From contig OZ316896.1 of NCBI GenBank assembly GCA_973895155.1, forward strand, positions 3,100,001 to 3,164,000: a stretch of 64,000 nt of DNA, given 5' to 3'. The notes below the pieces were generated by a model. It was not told the DNA's origin, made no database searches, and worked only from the letters and a program-made list of their open reading frames with translations. This document shows positions 24,925 through 37,700 of the stretch, in pieces. This DNA comes from Marsupella aquatica (lineage: Eukaryota; Plantae; Marchantiophyta). A program made the position numbers and the translations under genes. Position 1 is the first letter of the stretch; every line of letters begins with the position of its first letter.

Positions 24925-26190
24925 CATTCTTGGAGTGAATCTCGTGCTCCAGCTTTTGGAGGAGGTTGAGAGTCTTCTTTGCACTCGAGTTACAGCCAAT
25001 GGTTGCCACATTACAGTAGTAAGGCATGGACAGGAATGTAAGCAGTTTGCCACCTTACAGCAGTAAAGTTTGAGGGTACAGCCCTTCTATTTTGGGAGGA
25101 TATTGAAATGGTCGAAAATTACAGAGGGCATTCTTGGAGTGAATCTCGTGCTGCAGCTTTTGGACGAGGTTGAGAGTCTTCTTTGCACTCGAGTTACAGC
25201 CAATGTTTGGCACATTACAGTAGTAAGGTCTGGACAGGAATGTAAGCGGTTTGCTACCTTACAGTAGTAAAAGTGTCAGTAAAAGCCCTTTAGGTGCTGT
25301 TTATTTTGGGACACAGCTACATTCTTGGAGTGGATCACGTGATTGAGGTTGAGAGTCTTCTTCTCACTCGAGTTACAGCCAGTGTTTGCCACATTACAGT
25401 CGTAAGATCTGGACAGGAGTGTAAGCAGTTTGCCACCTTACAGCAGTAAAGTTTAAGGTACAGCCCTTCTATTTTGGGAGGATTTTGAAATGGTCGAAAA
25501 CTACAGAGGGCATTCTTGGAGTGAATCTCGTGCTGCAGCTTTTGGACGAGGTTGATAGTCTTCTTTGGACTCGAGTTACAGCCAATGGTTGCCACATTAC
25601 AGTAGTAAGGTCTGGACAGGAATGTAAGCGGTTTGCTACCTTCCAGTAGTAAAAGTGTCAGTAAAAGCCCTTTAGGTGCTGTTTATTTTGGGAGACAGCT
25701 ACATTCTTGGAGTGGATCTCGTGATTGAGGTTGAGAGTCTTCTTCTCACTCGAGTTACAGCCAGTGTTTGCCACATTACAGTAGTAAGATCTGGACAGGA
25801 GTGTAAGCAGTTTTGCCACCTTACAGCAGTAAAGTTTAAGGTACAGCCCTTCTATTTTGGGAGGATTTTGAAATGGTCGAAAACTACAGGGGGCATTCTT
25901 GGAGTGAATCTCATGCTCCTGATTTTGGACGAGGTTGAGAGTCTTCTTTGGACTCGAGTTACAGCCAATGTTTGCCACATTACAGTAGTAAGGTCTGGAC
26001 AGGAATGTAAGCGGTTTGCTACCTTACAGTAGTAAAAGTGTCAGTAAAAGCCCTTTAGGTGCTGTTTACTTTGGGAGACAGCGACATTTTTGGAGTCGAT
26101 CTCGTGCTGGTTTTCAAGGAGGTTGAGAGTCTTCTTTGCAGTAGAGTTTCAGCTATTGTTTGCAACATCACAGTAGCAAGGACTGGATAG
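24925..26190. repeat. Satellite of ~191 bp monomers with alternating A/B types (~382 bp dimer)
   Basis: CATTCTTGGAGTG-type monomer starts at 24925, 25129, 25320, 25511, 25702, 25894 and 26085. Tails alternate between GTACAGCCCTTCTATTTTGGGAGG.. and GTCAGTAAAAGCCCTTTAGG.. Confidence 0.92.
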
Positions 26191-26299
26191 CCATGTCATG
26201 AGATCCTTATAAGAACCTTGCCGCAATTTTCTGTATGGGTTGTGACTTGTGTGCCCTGAAATATTGTCATCCCAAGGTTTTCTTCATGTCTCTTTTGCA

Positions 26300-27100
26300 A
26301 CTTTGCTAGTGAAAGATGACGCTGCCTGTCTGTTCCTACAATAATTCAATCTCATCACATGATTGTCACCATGGAATGACGCATGGCTATGTGGTAGCTG
26401 ACTTGAGTTGAGATTCATAAGCCTAGAGCTCAAATATTGTGACAGAATGTTCCCTTTCTATGGGGTTCCTTTACATGGGATTTCACAGATTTCTCCTTAA
26501 AAAAAACAGAAAACAAAGGAAGGGAACAAAATCTTCTAGCAATTAATGAGAAGAATTTAATCACAATCAAGCCTTGAGAATTGAGCATTTAATGATTTGA
26601 ATAAAATTAGTCAATTGAAGATGTTTTGGAGTAAATTGAAGGTGATGTCTAGACTGGATGACTTGCTTTGAGTTCCCTGGAATTTTAGCTTGATATTAGA
26701 TTTGTTGTCAATACCTTCAAGAGCAGCTAGACAAATGGGAGTCATTTGTGCTCATCTTGTGAATTGGACTAAGAGATTGATCATATCGCATCATGATTTT
26801 ACTTGCCATGACCATGATTGAAGAATTCACAAGGTCCTAGCCACCCATTAATGAGCATCAAACTGTTGTCCATAGCCTTGTTGTCAATAGCACTGATGAA
26901 ATTGACAACATGCATGAATTGTCCCATGCACGAATTAGGGCATGTATTTCAATTATTCTTAGGCCTGGAAACTTTTTAGGGATACTGATCATAGGTGCAA
27001 AGCACTTTTTTCTGGTTGGTCTCCCAAACCGACATTTTATAAGCATCCGGCCTGATGCAGGTTCCTGGTGCAAGTGCTCTCACAATGTCTAAAGACCAAA
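26300..27100 (-). pseudogene. Degenerate Sola2-like DNA transposase remnant
   Basis: Minus-strand translation gives NSCMGQF (~26935; cf. SDGC.GQFK) followed by EFFNHGHGK*NHD (~26820; cf. W.FF..GHGKG.HDG), with stops and frameshifts. Boundaries are approximate. Confidence 0.4.
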
Positions 27101-29336
27101 TTGTGGTGATTACACTTTAGCAAGGGGCACTACTACTTAGTCACCTTTAACTAGAATACTTTGAATCACATCAATGAAATGAGTTTTGGGTGAAAATTTT
27201 AGTCTTTCTCAAAGATACTTCAAGATTAACCTGGTTGCGTTTTGTTAATTGTCACCATTCTATAAATTTCTATTTATGAAGATGTTGAATTTCATCTTGC
27301 AAATGAAAACCTTTCAGTCCCAAAGTTTTGGACTTAGCCAACCTACATAGTCAAACTCTAAATTCAATCCAATTCTATTATGTCTTTGTTCCAAATAAAA
27401 ACAAATATCTGTTCCTAGTTATGAAATTGTTCCACTAACATATGGACTTATATTACAATAACTAGCATTCATATTGAGTTGCATATCATTGATAAATGAA
27501 TGGTGTTATTTACACTATAATGTTGCACCTCTATAGATGCAGTCCAAAAAACTTTGTGGACCTTCTAAACTACTTAATCATTTTCTTCTATCTATTTCTC
27601 AACAACATCTTTAACCAAACAACATCTTTTATGCAAGGCACGGGGATTGAAAGACTACAGACAGAATGGTCATCTTTGCTAAACCCTGAGTGAACCCTAA
27701 AACACTAAACCTGAAACCGATAATATAATGTTGTGTCAACTTATAGAGTGGTCGCCATCCAAATGCAGGGGTATTTTGGGTAAAAAAACAAAACAAAGAA
27801 AAAGACTAGCTCCTTCTTTCATTTATTTTTTATTTCATAACATCTTTCACATAATGATGACTTGGTTGAAACTAATATCTGATAACTAGATAGATTCCAA
27901 ATACCACCCTTTGGATTATTTCTTCATAGCTTCAGAAGGCAGGTCTTCCTTCATAGCTTCCAAAGGCAGGTAGCAACATCTACAGTACAGGTTCAATTTT
28001 ACTTCGTTTGTCTGCCTTCAGGAAAGGATGTTTTGTCCCTTTCCTGCTTTTGTCTCCGACGTCTATTTTTGTGGCCGCTTCTGGTCCTTACATGTAAAAG
28101 ACCCCGCGGTGTGTTATGACAGCGGGGACCAACGTCGTCTTCGTTTTTCCTGTTCTCTTCTGTTCGAATTCAAACTGGTTTCAATCTCCTCTTTCGTTGT
28201 GCTCTCTCTGAGGATGTACAGTAATTATGTCCTGGGTGACTCTCGGTAAGGCCAGAGAGCAATATTTCAATACACGATTCCCAGCATTCACTTGGACTCA
28301 TGACTCAATGTTTACTGTCTTGTGTGCATACATTTTCGTGCTCTGAGTATTTGATTACGTGTGGAGATCTTTTACGTTGTCTGCTGCTTATTTAGTTTTT
28401 ACACTCCCGATCACAGAATCTCAATCATTGAGCATACAACATGAAGCTAGAGCGTTCAGAGCATTATATTTGCTTATCAGCTGAAAACTTCGATCAGAGC
28501 GCAGAGACTGGCTGGATCAGTCAAGATATCTGGACGAACAGTGTGGGAGTGGATTTACCAACTTCCACTACTCGGGCTATGGCTTACTGATCCGTAAGTC
28601 TACTCGCAAGCAATCCAGATAATTTTATGTTCTAATGTGTGACAGGAAATGTGCTGTCTCCTCTTTGCTCGACTTATTCCTTTGCTTTTTGATCTTGTCC
28701 GTGTATCTCAATCTTGGGCAACTGTTTTCATTTACATAGTGACTATAAAACTTTGCTAGTTGCTTACACTGTAATGGTTCTCTGCTCTCCGTCCAATTGG
28801 TTCTTGCCACTTGCGGCCATGTGATGCAAGGGATAAGCGCCTTGGACGTTCTGAATCTGAGCCGCGCCCTCGTTCTCACTCTCAGTGACTGTTCGTGGCC
28901 TGTTATCCTCCCTTCAGGGAAAATGGAATACACATTGCAGAATACTGAAGCAATTTCTCTTGTCCAGTACTTTGTTGCGCTGAATCAATTGCTCTTGTCT
29001 AGTACTTTGTTGCGCACATTCTGTCAGTTCTTGCATTCTCAGCGAATACACATAATGAGGCATTCGTTAGGAGATGGCTCATGGTTTCGTCGTTTCATCC
29101 GAAACTAGTTGTTCTTCTGACTTGTTCGATGGCATCTGACTGTCAATACAGCAATGAGCCAGCCGCGTTGAGTTCTTTCGATTTGAATGACTGTTCGGGA
29201 GAGCGTTCGGGACGTTGAATTCGAGCTGGCGGACTCCGAATTGTTGAGATCAGTCAGTCTTGGGTGAAATCCGGTGTTTGCGTGAAAAGGTCTGTGCTCT
29301 TTGCTCTTGACGTCTCTTTTTGACGTGGACCCTCAA

Positions 29337-29617
29337 TATGTTTCACGGGGATTGCAGCTTTCGTCTTTCACAGAGTCCAAGTCTTTCTGGATTACATTAC
29401 TGTGTACTTGTAGACGTCTTCCGATCGGAGGTACGCTCTATGTTTCACGGGGATTACAACTTTCGTCTTTCACAGAATCCAAGTCTTTCTCGATTACATT
29501 ACTGTGTACTTGTAACCGGCTTCCGATCGGAGGTACGCTCTGATTTCCGTCTTGCCTGTTTTTGAGTCGTCTCAACGTAGACCTACTTTTTTTGAGTCGT
29601 CTCAACGTAGACCTACT
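29337..29617. repeat. 102-bp tandem duplication followed by a ~30-bp tandem duplication
   Basis: TATGTTTCACGGGGATT..GGAGGTACGCTC at 29337 and 29439; TTTTTGAGTCGTCTCAACGTAGACCTACT x2. Confidence 0.9.
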
Positions 29618-30985
29618 GAGCACCAATAGACAGTAAATTCCGACAGTCATCCAGTTCGTTGAACAGGCGTAGGAAAACTTGGGGACCGAGGGTCCATTTC
29701 ATCACCAGTGACGTGCGCGCGATACCCAATTTGGGTCTCCGAAACATTGCGCTTCTGCATCAAAGTTTGCAAGCGAGCTGACCTCACAAACTACAGGCCG
29801 GATTACGAGTCTAAAATAAATTGCAACCACGACAGTGTCGAAGACTGTATTTGATCGTAGTACGTACGCATCTTTGACCATTTTGTTCGGTAGTGACTTT
29901 GTTGTGCCCTTGTCGGGGCCTCTGTTACATACGAATAACATAATCTTTTGTTAATTCGTTCGTTCTTTCTTCGTTCGCCGCTTGCATCAGCCTTTTACAC
30001 ATCATACGTCAATGAGCTGGTACCTGATATCGATTCCTCAGAATCGGTCGATTGCATGACGACCTGCATTCCGCGAAGAGCTACAGTAGCTATCTGGGTT
30101 GAATTCCAGCCATTCATGAACTATGTCAGTAAGTTTTGTAAAGGCGCTCCACCAGATGAAATTTAAGCTTGCTGCGCTCTATTCTTCGAAATCTATGAGA
30201 CCCGCAATAGTGAAGGACAGTATCTAGCTGCTGAAACGGTATGTCCAACTTAATTGATCCAGATGGCCGAACTCTAACTCTCCTTCGTTCCGTGGAGTAA
30301 ACGTATCATCCACAATAAATTTCAGTACCTTGTCCTCGACGTTCTTGCACATGCAAATGGGTGGAACCCACGGGGCCCTTGAAGTCCGTATTCCAATTCC
30401 AATATTTCGTGCTTTTGGATCGACTTTGGATCTAATTTACTCTTTTGGATCGATCTTGAATCAAACTATTGGGTTGAAGCGGTTGATACCATATTGCGTC
30501 ATAATGTTTGTCCCAATTTTGATGGCACGATAAAAAGTGTCGCAAAAACTACTCAATCCATGAGAAATCACCGCAGAAACTCCTCGACGTGGTTCACAGA
30601 TATAAGCTATGCCTGTCTCAGTTAGTCAATCTATCGTGCCCGCAATAAATCACGAAGAAAGGAAACCATCGGCCCCCATTGATCAGACGTTGAGTGGTCT
30701 GCAAACGATGTTACGCATGTAGATGACAATTGACCAATCTTGCAAATGACTGTTCTCCAATAATGGAAATATACATTCTCTCAACCCGACGTGAAGGTGT
30801 AAAGAGAAATACAGATCATTCGGGGGATTGGAAGGGATAAACTTTCAAATGAGGGAAAAGTTTCTTCAGCGTACTTAGACACGTTTTTTCTGGCTCGCCG
30901 GGGATATATACAATAATGCTCTGCAAGTCTAGCTCAGTCGTCTCTGTACTGCTGTCTGATGATTCACTTTTGAGCAGGAACGAAG

Positions 30986-32848
30986 ATGAAGGACTGGAAC
31001 GAATCGTCAACGCTTAAGCTAATTGCAGCAGTTCAGAAAGTCGAGGATAACTGGGGCGCCCAAAAATGGGACGACCCAGGGGAAAAGTGGTTACACATTG
31101 CTGCTGAGCTTCCAGAGTTGCAATCTTCTCTTGAATTGATGCGCAAGAGTTTCCAGATTTTTGCAAGGCTGGATTTGCTAAGATCTGCCGGTATTTCAAT
31201 GAAATATTTACCAAAGCGATGAAGCACATCAGTCTCACACAGAATATCATTATGGCACTGGAAATTTACTCTTTGACATTAAATCACGACGAATACTTTC
31301 CTTTGATAGGCCATAAAACGCACTTCCGGCCAATCATTCTTGTCGATATTAATGAAATATCGAGTGAAGAATCTGACACGAACTGCAGTGACGGCGTCTC
31401 CAGTGAGTTTGAAGAAGATAAACTCAATCAAGACTCCAAGACAAGCGAGGTAAGAATTTTGGGGAAACGACTGAATAAATTGTTATAGACTGAATAAATT
31501 GTTATCTGGCCACAAGGACTTTCATTTACTCTGGAGAAAGAGGGCTCTCTGAAGTTCTTGCTTGCTCGCGATTTCCTTTGAAATTCTGACACTATTCAGA
31601 AATAGTTCGTACTTTGTTTCATCCCACTAGTTTGTGTCATACATCATTGATTCTGCTTTTGGAGTTTGGTTGGTTTTGAATTGGTAAGTATTGAATGAAT
31701 TTGTGTGGGACGACTTTTCGCAGGATTTGATGGCTACTGCTACAACATCGAATTTGGAAGAGAGAAAGGATCGAATCGGTTTCAGAATCAAAGTTGAAGA
31801 TTTTCATTTATCCTCAAAAGGGGGTTTGGTGGTAACAAGTCTCTTATGACATAACATTCATATTGAGTTTAGACTTGTCCCAAATTTTCCAAAATGATAA
31901 ATTTATGTCATGGTTGTTTGCGGTTCGTCTTTCTATAGTTACTTAGGATCCGACAGAGAACAGGTGCACCCCAACGTTTTATCAAAAAAAAAATCAAAGT
32001 TCAACTGTCAATTTATTCTGTGCATATGTCAGCGAATCCCAAGAGGCTATTGTGATAAGTACATGCCGAGACGGGACCCTGCCGTGTTGACATGCATTCG
32101 GGATGGAAAACAGTACCAACTTAAGTATCTTCCCCACAGAGGTTCCCTCAGTGCCGGATGGAAGAACTTTTGCCGCTCAAACGCATTGCAAGCACAGGAT
32201 GAAGTGATCTTTTTCCGTCTCGACATTTCAACCTATGAGGTCGGTTTCTAACGTGTTGACAGGTCCGATCGAAATATATGACTTGTTCTCAGCGGAACCA
32301 ATTGCATTACTGATTATTGTAGTCCTTTTGATTGGATGAATAGTAAGCTTTGGGTTCAAATGCTCAAGATATCCTAGCTTGACAAGATACAAGTTCAATT
32401 AATATACTAGTTCAAGATATTATCTCAAGGGGTCTATAAAGGTCAAAACGCGGACTAAGGTAGTTTTTACAGCATGTATATGATTGACTCGAGCAAACTG
32501 TCTGGCCGGGACATATCTGAAACAGGTTAAAATCTTGGGGAAAGATGTGCAACCGATAGAAGTTGCGGGTCCAGGCAATGACATCTACAGAAGGTACGTA
32601 ATGATCAAGTTTCTAGCAGCAGACGAAACTACACAAGCAGGTAGGAACGCTTACAAGTCATAGCACAATTTCTCAGAAGATCATGTGTCTTGTGTTGGCA
32701 TCAAAAGCGCTACATGAAAGGCAGGGAAGGAGATGTGCTTTTGGTCGACTTCATTAGTATATATGCTGGTCGGTAAGAGTTTTCTGTGTGTTAGAATGGC
32801 AATGAAGGTGACTGGTGGTTTTCATTTGTATCCTGCAGGGACCTTTAA
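30986..32848 (+). pseudogene. Myb/SANT-like + B3 domain gene with a frameshift in exon 1
   Basis: Approximate exons 30986-31449, 31724-31831, 32033-32239, 32527-32593, 32839-32848. B3: FRIKVEDFHL..GGLV|RIPRGYC..YLPHRGSLSAGWKNFCRSNALQAQDEVIF. Homology to the paralog switches frame near 31125-31140. Confidence 0.7.
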
Positions 32849-33337
32849 GACGGACCTACCCCAAGGTTGATATGCTCTGGGATCCTGAGCCTAAAAGTCA
32901 GTTCCAAAACTCCCGCTAGGAGAAATTATGAGACTCAGAGTCGCTGTCACCTCTGGCCTAGAACTGCTGTTGATGGTGCGCACACTACCTAACTATCTCT
33001 CGTGGGACTGGTAGGACAAGATTATTTTACAAAGTGCGATGTACGTATTGAGTAACACATGAAAAACATGCTTCAGTTTTATATACCCTATGAACATGTT
33101 CCTTGAGGGTCCTAAATTTGCAACAGACTATTTACGTTTTAAACCACGAAAGTCTCAGGCGCAGTCAACAACTTCTACGGAATAAAGGGTTAGTATTGAA
33201 CTTCAGCAATTAATTTCAACTATCCAATGCTTACACTTACTTACTAGCCCTCTCACTGGAAGGTGTGTTAATTAATAGTTGCTTAAATGCCTTGTGTAGA
33301 CGCGCCATGAATACTCCAACTGGCCCGAGTGAGTTCC

Positions 33338-34801
33338 TCACCATGTTTCGTATTCTCCAGCCTCTTCATTTATTTTGACCTGAAAAGCCAGCTTAACCCT
33401 TTTGCATCTTCAATTCAGACCATAAACTAGATAACATTGTGAGTGAAAAGCGATTCTAGAGCTGGACATCCGGCTTGTATAATGCCAATCGAAGATCCCA
33501 GATGCACACCTATGATCCAAGATGATCCTTAATTCAGCACCAACCTGAAAAGTTTGAGAATCAACAAGGCGGAAGCGCACAGTGTCGTCCACCTGAAGTC
33601 CGTGCTGTTTAGCAAACGTTCCCCATCCAGCACTCAAACACCGTTTGCTGGGGAGATAGGCGACTTTACACCTCTTCCCATCTTTATCTACGAGTTCGAA
33701 CACGACACTGTTCTCTAGCTCATAATGTGCCAAGTTCGTAGTGCAAAAGTCTGTAGGAAGGCGCTGCAGATTCCATACAGGTTAAGGAGTAATGAGTCAC
33801 CCAATTTCCACACGGGCCAGAGCTTTTCAAGGTTATTTACAAAGGACTACCGTGCTCCAAGCCTGCCCATTCCTTAGTGTGATTCTTCGTTCTCGAATAT
33901 GAGCACGCTAGATTTAACACGCTTACTAGATTGCTAATCTGAATGATGATAAGCCGGACAACGGAAGAGAAAGTACCCTTACCAGTAAGAAACCTTTGAT
34001 GACTTGAGAAGGAGACATCGTTTTGACGAACTCGACCTCTTTGAACCTCACACTTTCATCGTTCAAACAAGCTTGTTGAGTGTCAACCTCTGCATTCGAC
34101 TTCTGTCGAGCATAACTTCTGTCGAGGCCCAAGTTACGTTGATCGTCGCGATCAGCTTTAAGCGAATTTTGTTCCAGTGGAGCATCAACTTGTACTTCCG
34201 CTTCCGCTCTCGCTGAGTAATGGTGATCCAGATTGGAAATGTGACGCACTTCCCCAGAAGAATCACAAATTCTGCTCGCAGTGTCAGCAGAAACAGAGCT
34301 CGCAGAATCTCCCGGCACTTCAGTCTCCCGCTCACGAACCCTGCTCGCAGTGTCAGCAGAAACAGCGCTTGCAGAATTTTCCGGCACTTCAGTCTCCCGA
34401 TCGAGTTTGATGAGCTTTGCTTGGGGGCCGGTTTTGGAGACAAAGGGCTGATCAAGGAAGCCCTTGGAGTACTCAGCCAATTTTTCCATTAAGGCCGCTG
34501 AAAGACAGTAATTCCGGTCATAAAATATGAACACATCGTTGAAGTATTCACATATCTCATTAAATTTTCTTTTGTAGATAACAGGTAATTGTTCGTATCG
34601 TGTTGGACCATGGCGGTTCAATTCAACGAATAGAGAAATTGGCATCTTTGCTGCAACTTGATCCCACTTCAATTCTTCCCTATTCACTTTGGCTTCGGGG
34701 TGATTCCGGGCGAAGTAGTCTTTCCATTTCTGTTTTTCCTCAACTTTTGTCACTACGCCCACAAGTTTCAGTAGGTGTTCCTCTTTCCACTGTTTCTCCA
34801 T
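33338..34801 (-). CDS. Myb/SANT-like + B3 (REM-like) DNA-binding protein
   Basis: Exons 34801-33983, 33763-33545, 33379-33338. B3: FVKTMSPSQVIKGFLL|RLPTDFC..YLPSKRCLSAGWGTFAKQHGLQVDDTVRFRL..FQ|VKI. N-terminus W.EEHLLKLV..KWDQVAAKM..YKRKF. Contains a 23-aa internal tandem repeat. Confidence 0.85.
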
Positions 34802-36499
34802 TTTACAACTTGTCTGCTCGAGTTCCCTGATCGAGATAACCTGCAGCTATGATACCTATACATTTAGTGCATCCTGGAGATCTGGCTTTATTGACAACCT
34901 ATCGGCAAAATATCTAGACTCCTGCACGGTAGTCTTTCCAGTCAGTGTATATGTAACACTGAACTGACGCATGTAAGTAATTCTTATCAATTCCGGAACC
35001 GGGACGAGCAAGCTCAAGACATTTATTTGGCTGTAAACTATCACGAATTCAGACCTTATTATTCAACAATGGTCACTTAAACGAAGAGAGAATTGCTGCC
35101 GGGATCTTTCTATGGGCACAAACAGATCATGACCAAAAGTTTGTAGTGACGTCTGACTGTTCGAATTCGATTTCACACCATTGAAATGTCCATCTGAGAG
35201 TTAAGTTTTGGTCTCGACCGCTGCCTGACATCGTTCTCGTCTGGAATAAGATAGAAAGCCGAAAGGTAATCTATGGAATTGCAATTGAAGGACCTAGATA
35301 GTGAATGTACGAGCTCTATGTGCCGCGCTCTAATGTTCGTACCGGCGCGCATGTTAGACACGACATCAAGCAGTTCAAACGTTTGATTAAGGACCCCAAC
35401 AGACTGTAGAGCAAGACTCGATCCTCGACTTTCCAAATTCCCTCGATCAGAATCTCAAACATGGGAAACCATTTCAGAAAGAAGTATTGATGGTCATTTG
35501 GAACCGAATTCTGGAATGATCATGATGAGCCTGACCTCCTCACAGCGCTAGATGTGAGGCCTTACTAAGTGTAGGATAGTGTCGTGTACTTATTGGAGTT
35601 GTGATTTTTTGTGATTCTTCGGCCTTTCGTATGTTCGACTTAGTTGTTTTCACTCGCTGTTTCAATTCAAGAGGGGAGAAGAATGAGTTGGTTTGTACGT
35701 TCGTGAAGCGCTAGAGAGCTTATAATCTAAGGTCCCATCTGAGGTGCCTGAGCTTTAGTAGAGCTCTACAATACATGGCAGACAATTGCCTGTATTATTA
35801 TTATAAGGCAGAGAGCTCCGAAAATTCCAATCCCGGAATTTATAAGAAAATATGAATCAAATAAATGACCGCAAGGAAGGCCAGGGGCCTATCCTGGCAA
35901 ATAGCTTCTTAAATGGGGAGCGCAGGGTAGTCTGCTCTTTCTGACGGAATGTGAGTAGATCTTGCTTTCAAGGCAAAAAAGGATCTCTAGGTGATCTTCC
36001 AATCTTTGAAGTAGCTCCTACAGGAGAGATATGCTTAGTAGACCCCGTCTGGAAAAAGTTTGCTCAATCAACCCCCTCCATACTTTTCCCCAATCTGGGC
36101 CGTTGATGGACTTTTCGATCTCTGATCTGGACCGTTGATACACCTCAGGGGGTCGACCAAGTAACAAGTTTCATTTTGGGGTTCATCAAGCAAATACCTC
36201 CTCCTACAGATAGTGTGATTCTTTAGGTCAAATGCAAAGAATGTACAAGAACTCACAGTAAGTGTAAATTGTGCTAGGAAAAGCAGTGGTTAAGTATTGT
36301 ATAGATGGTTCCATTAGTCCCAAGGGAGGGAACATAAATCTTGCACAGAACAGAGGTTACTAGCCGTTAACCATTTCTACTGCACGCTCTTTTTCTCATT
36401 ATTTGGTGCCCCTAAATGTACAGCCTAATTTTCCTGACAAGATTAGTTTACTTTCCCTATGTTCATGGAAGGGTTTTAGTCTAGCTGTAGATCTTGGTA

Positions 36500-36990
36500 G
36501 CAAATTGAATCACCTTGAAAAGAGCTCGGTCAACAATTTTGGATTCTGAGTAGAATTGGGTGAGATAGGGTCCCCACAATTTTGCAAAAATCCACCCTGT
36601 CGAAGCTGAAGAAGAAAGTCGAAACCAAATCTGAGGAGAACCGTGGCGAAATTCAACTGTTTGGGCCAATCTTGGGATCGATTTGAAGCACCTCGAGAAG
36701 AGTATTCTGAATCAGTTAACAAATCCGGATTCTGAGTAGAATTGAGTGAGATATGGTCTCGACAATTTTGCAAAAACTCACCCTGCCGAAACTGAAAAAG
36801 AAATTCTAAATCTAATCCGAGGAGAACCGTGGCTCAAACCCTGATCGAGTTTCGGTAGGCTCGATTTTTGTGAAATTGCTGGGACCACATCTCACTCAAT
36901 TCTACTCGGAATTCAGATTTGATAACTGTTTGGGAAAGCTCTTCTCGAGGCGCTTCAAATCGATACCAAGATCAGCCCCAATGGTCGAGT
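36500..36990. repeat. Foldback-type repeat: two direct copies plus one inverted copy
   Basis: GATTCTGAGTAGAATTG(G/A)GTGAGAT at ~36542 and ~36728; inverted ATCTCACTCAATTCTACTCGGAATTC at ~36889. Confidence 0.75.
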
Positions 36991-37700
36991 CGAGCATAGA
37001 AGAGAACAGGGTATTGTGGAGATATATACTCTTGTGGAGCCCATACTCGAAACTCATGAAAAAGTCCACAAACATCTCTATCAGCTGAACCCCTTTGCCT
37101 CATGTAAGTTCATGCAAATATATTAATTCGACAACCTTTCAGTAGTGGCCGAGGAACTATCTGCCTTCTCTAAACTGAAATATCTATAAAGATCTGCAAC
37201 CTTGAATTGAGACTTCGGGAAGCCTCCAGGTACTACATCAATGAATGCTTAATCTAGAACTACAGCTGTACACAATCTTTGGGGCCTTAACCCGTAATGA
37301 TACCCCAAAATTAATGTAGCTCCAGGAAGACGCCGTCTGCAATACAAAATCGTAGGGATACAAACAGCAACCCTACTATGAAAATCTGGATATCCAGTGA
37401 TGCAACATCCACAAATCCTTTCAAATCGTTCTTTTGTGATCGATTCAAGTCGGGAAAGTAAATGGCATGACGGCTAGAATTAGATTGAACGCCCGTTTGT
37501 CTGGCTTCTGAGATTGCCCATCCCTACAGAAATTAGCTGGCCAGGCTTGACTTATTCGAGGGTCTGCCTGCGATACTGTTTCGTTGAACATTTCAACAAA
37601 TTTAAGAAAAGAAATTTACCATATTGATGGTCATGTTCAGAATCTGTAAACTAGCTCTCCTGGAGTTTCTGTCTCATCCCACAGTGTCGTTCCATTCGCC

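Noticed and set aside
24925-26190. CRISPR array or repeat-protein gene
   Set aside because: The spacers are not unique (two alternating types), there are no cas genes, the context is eukaryotic, and the ~191-bp period breaks reading frames.
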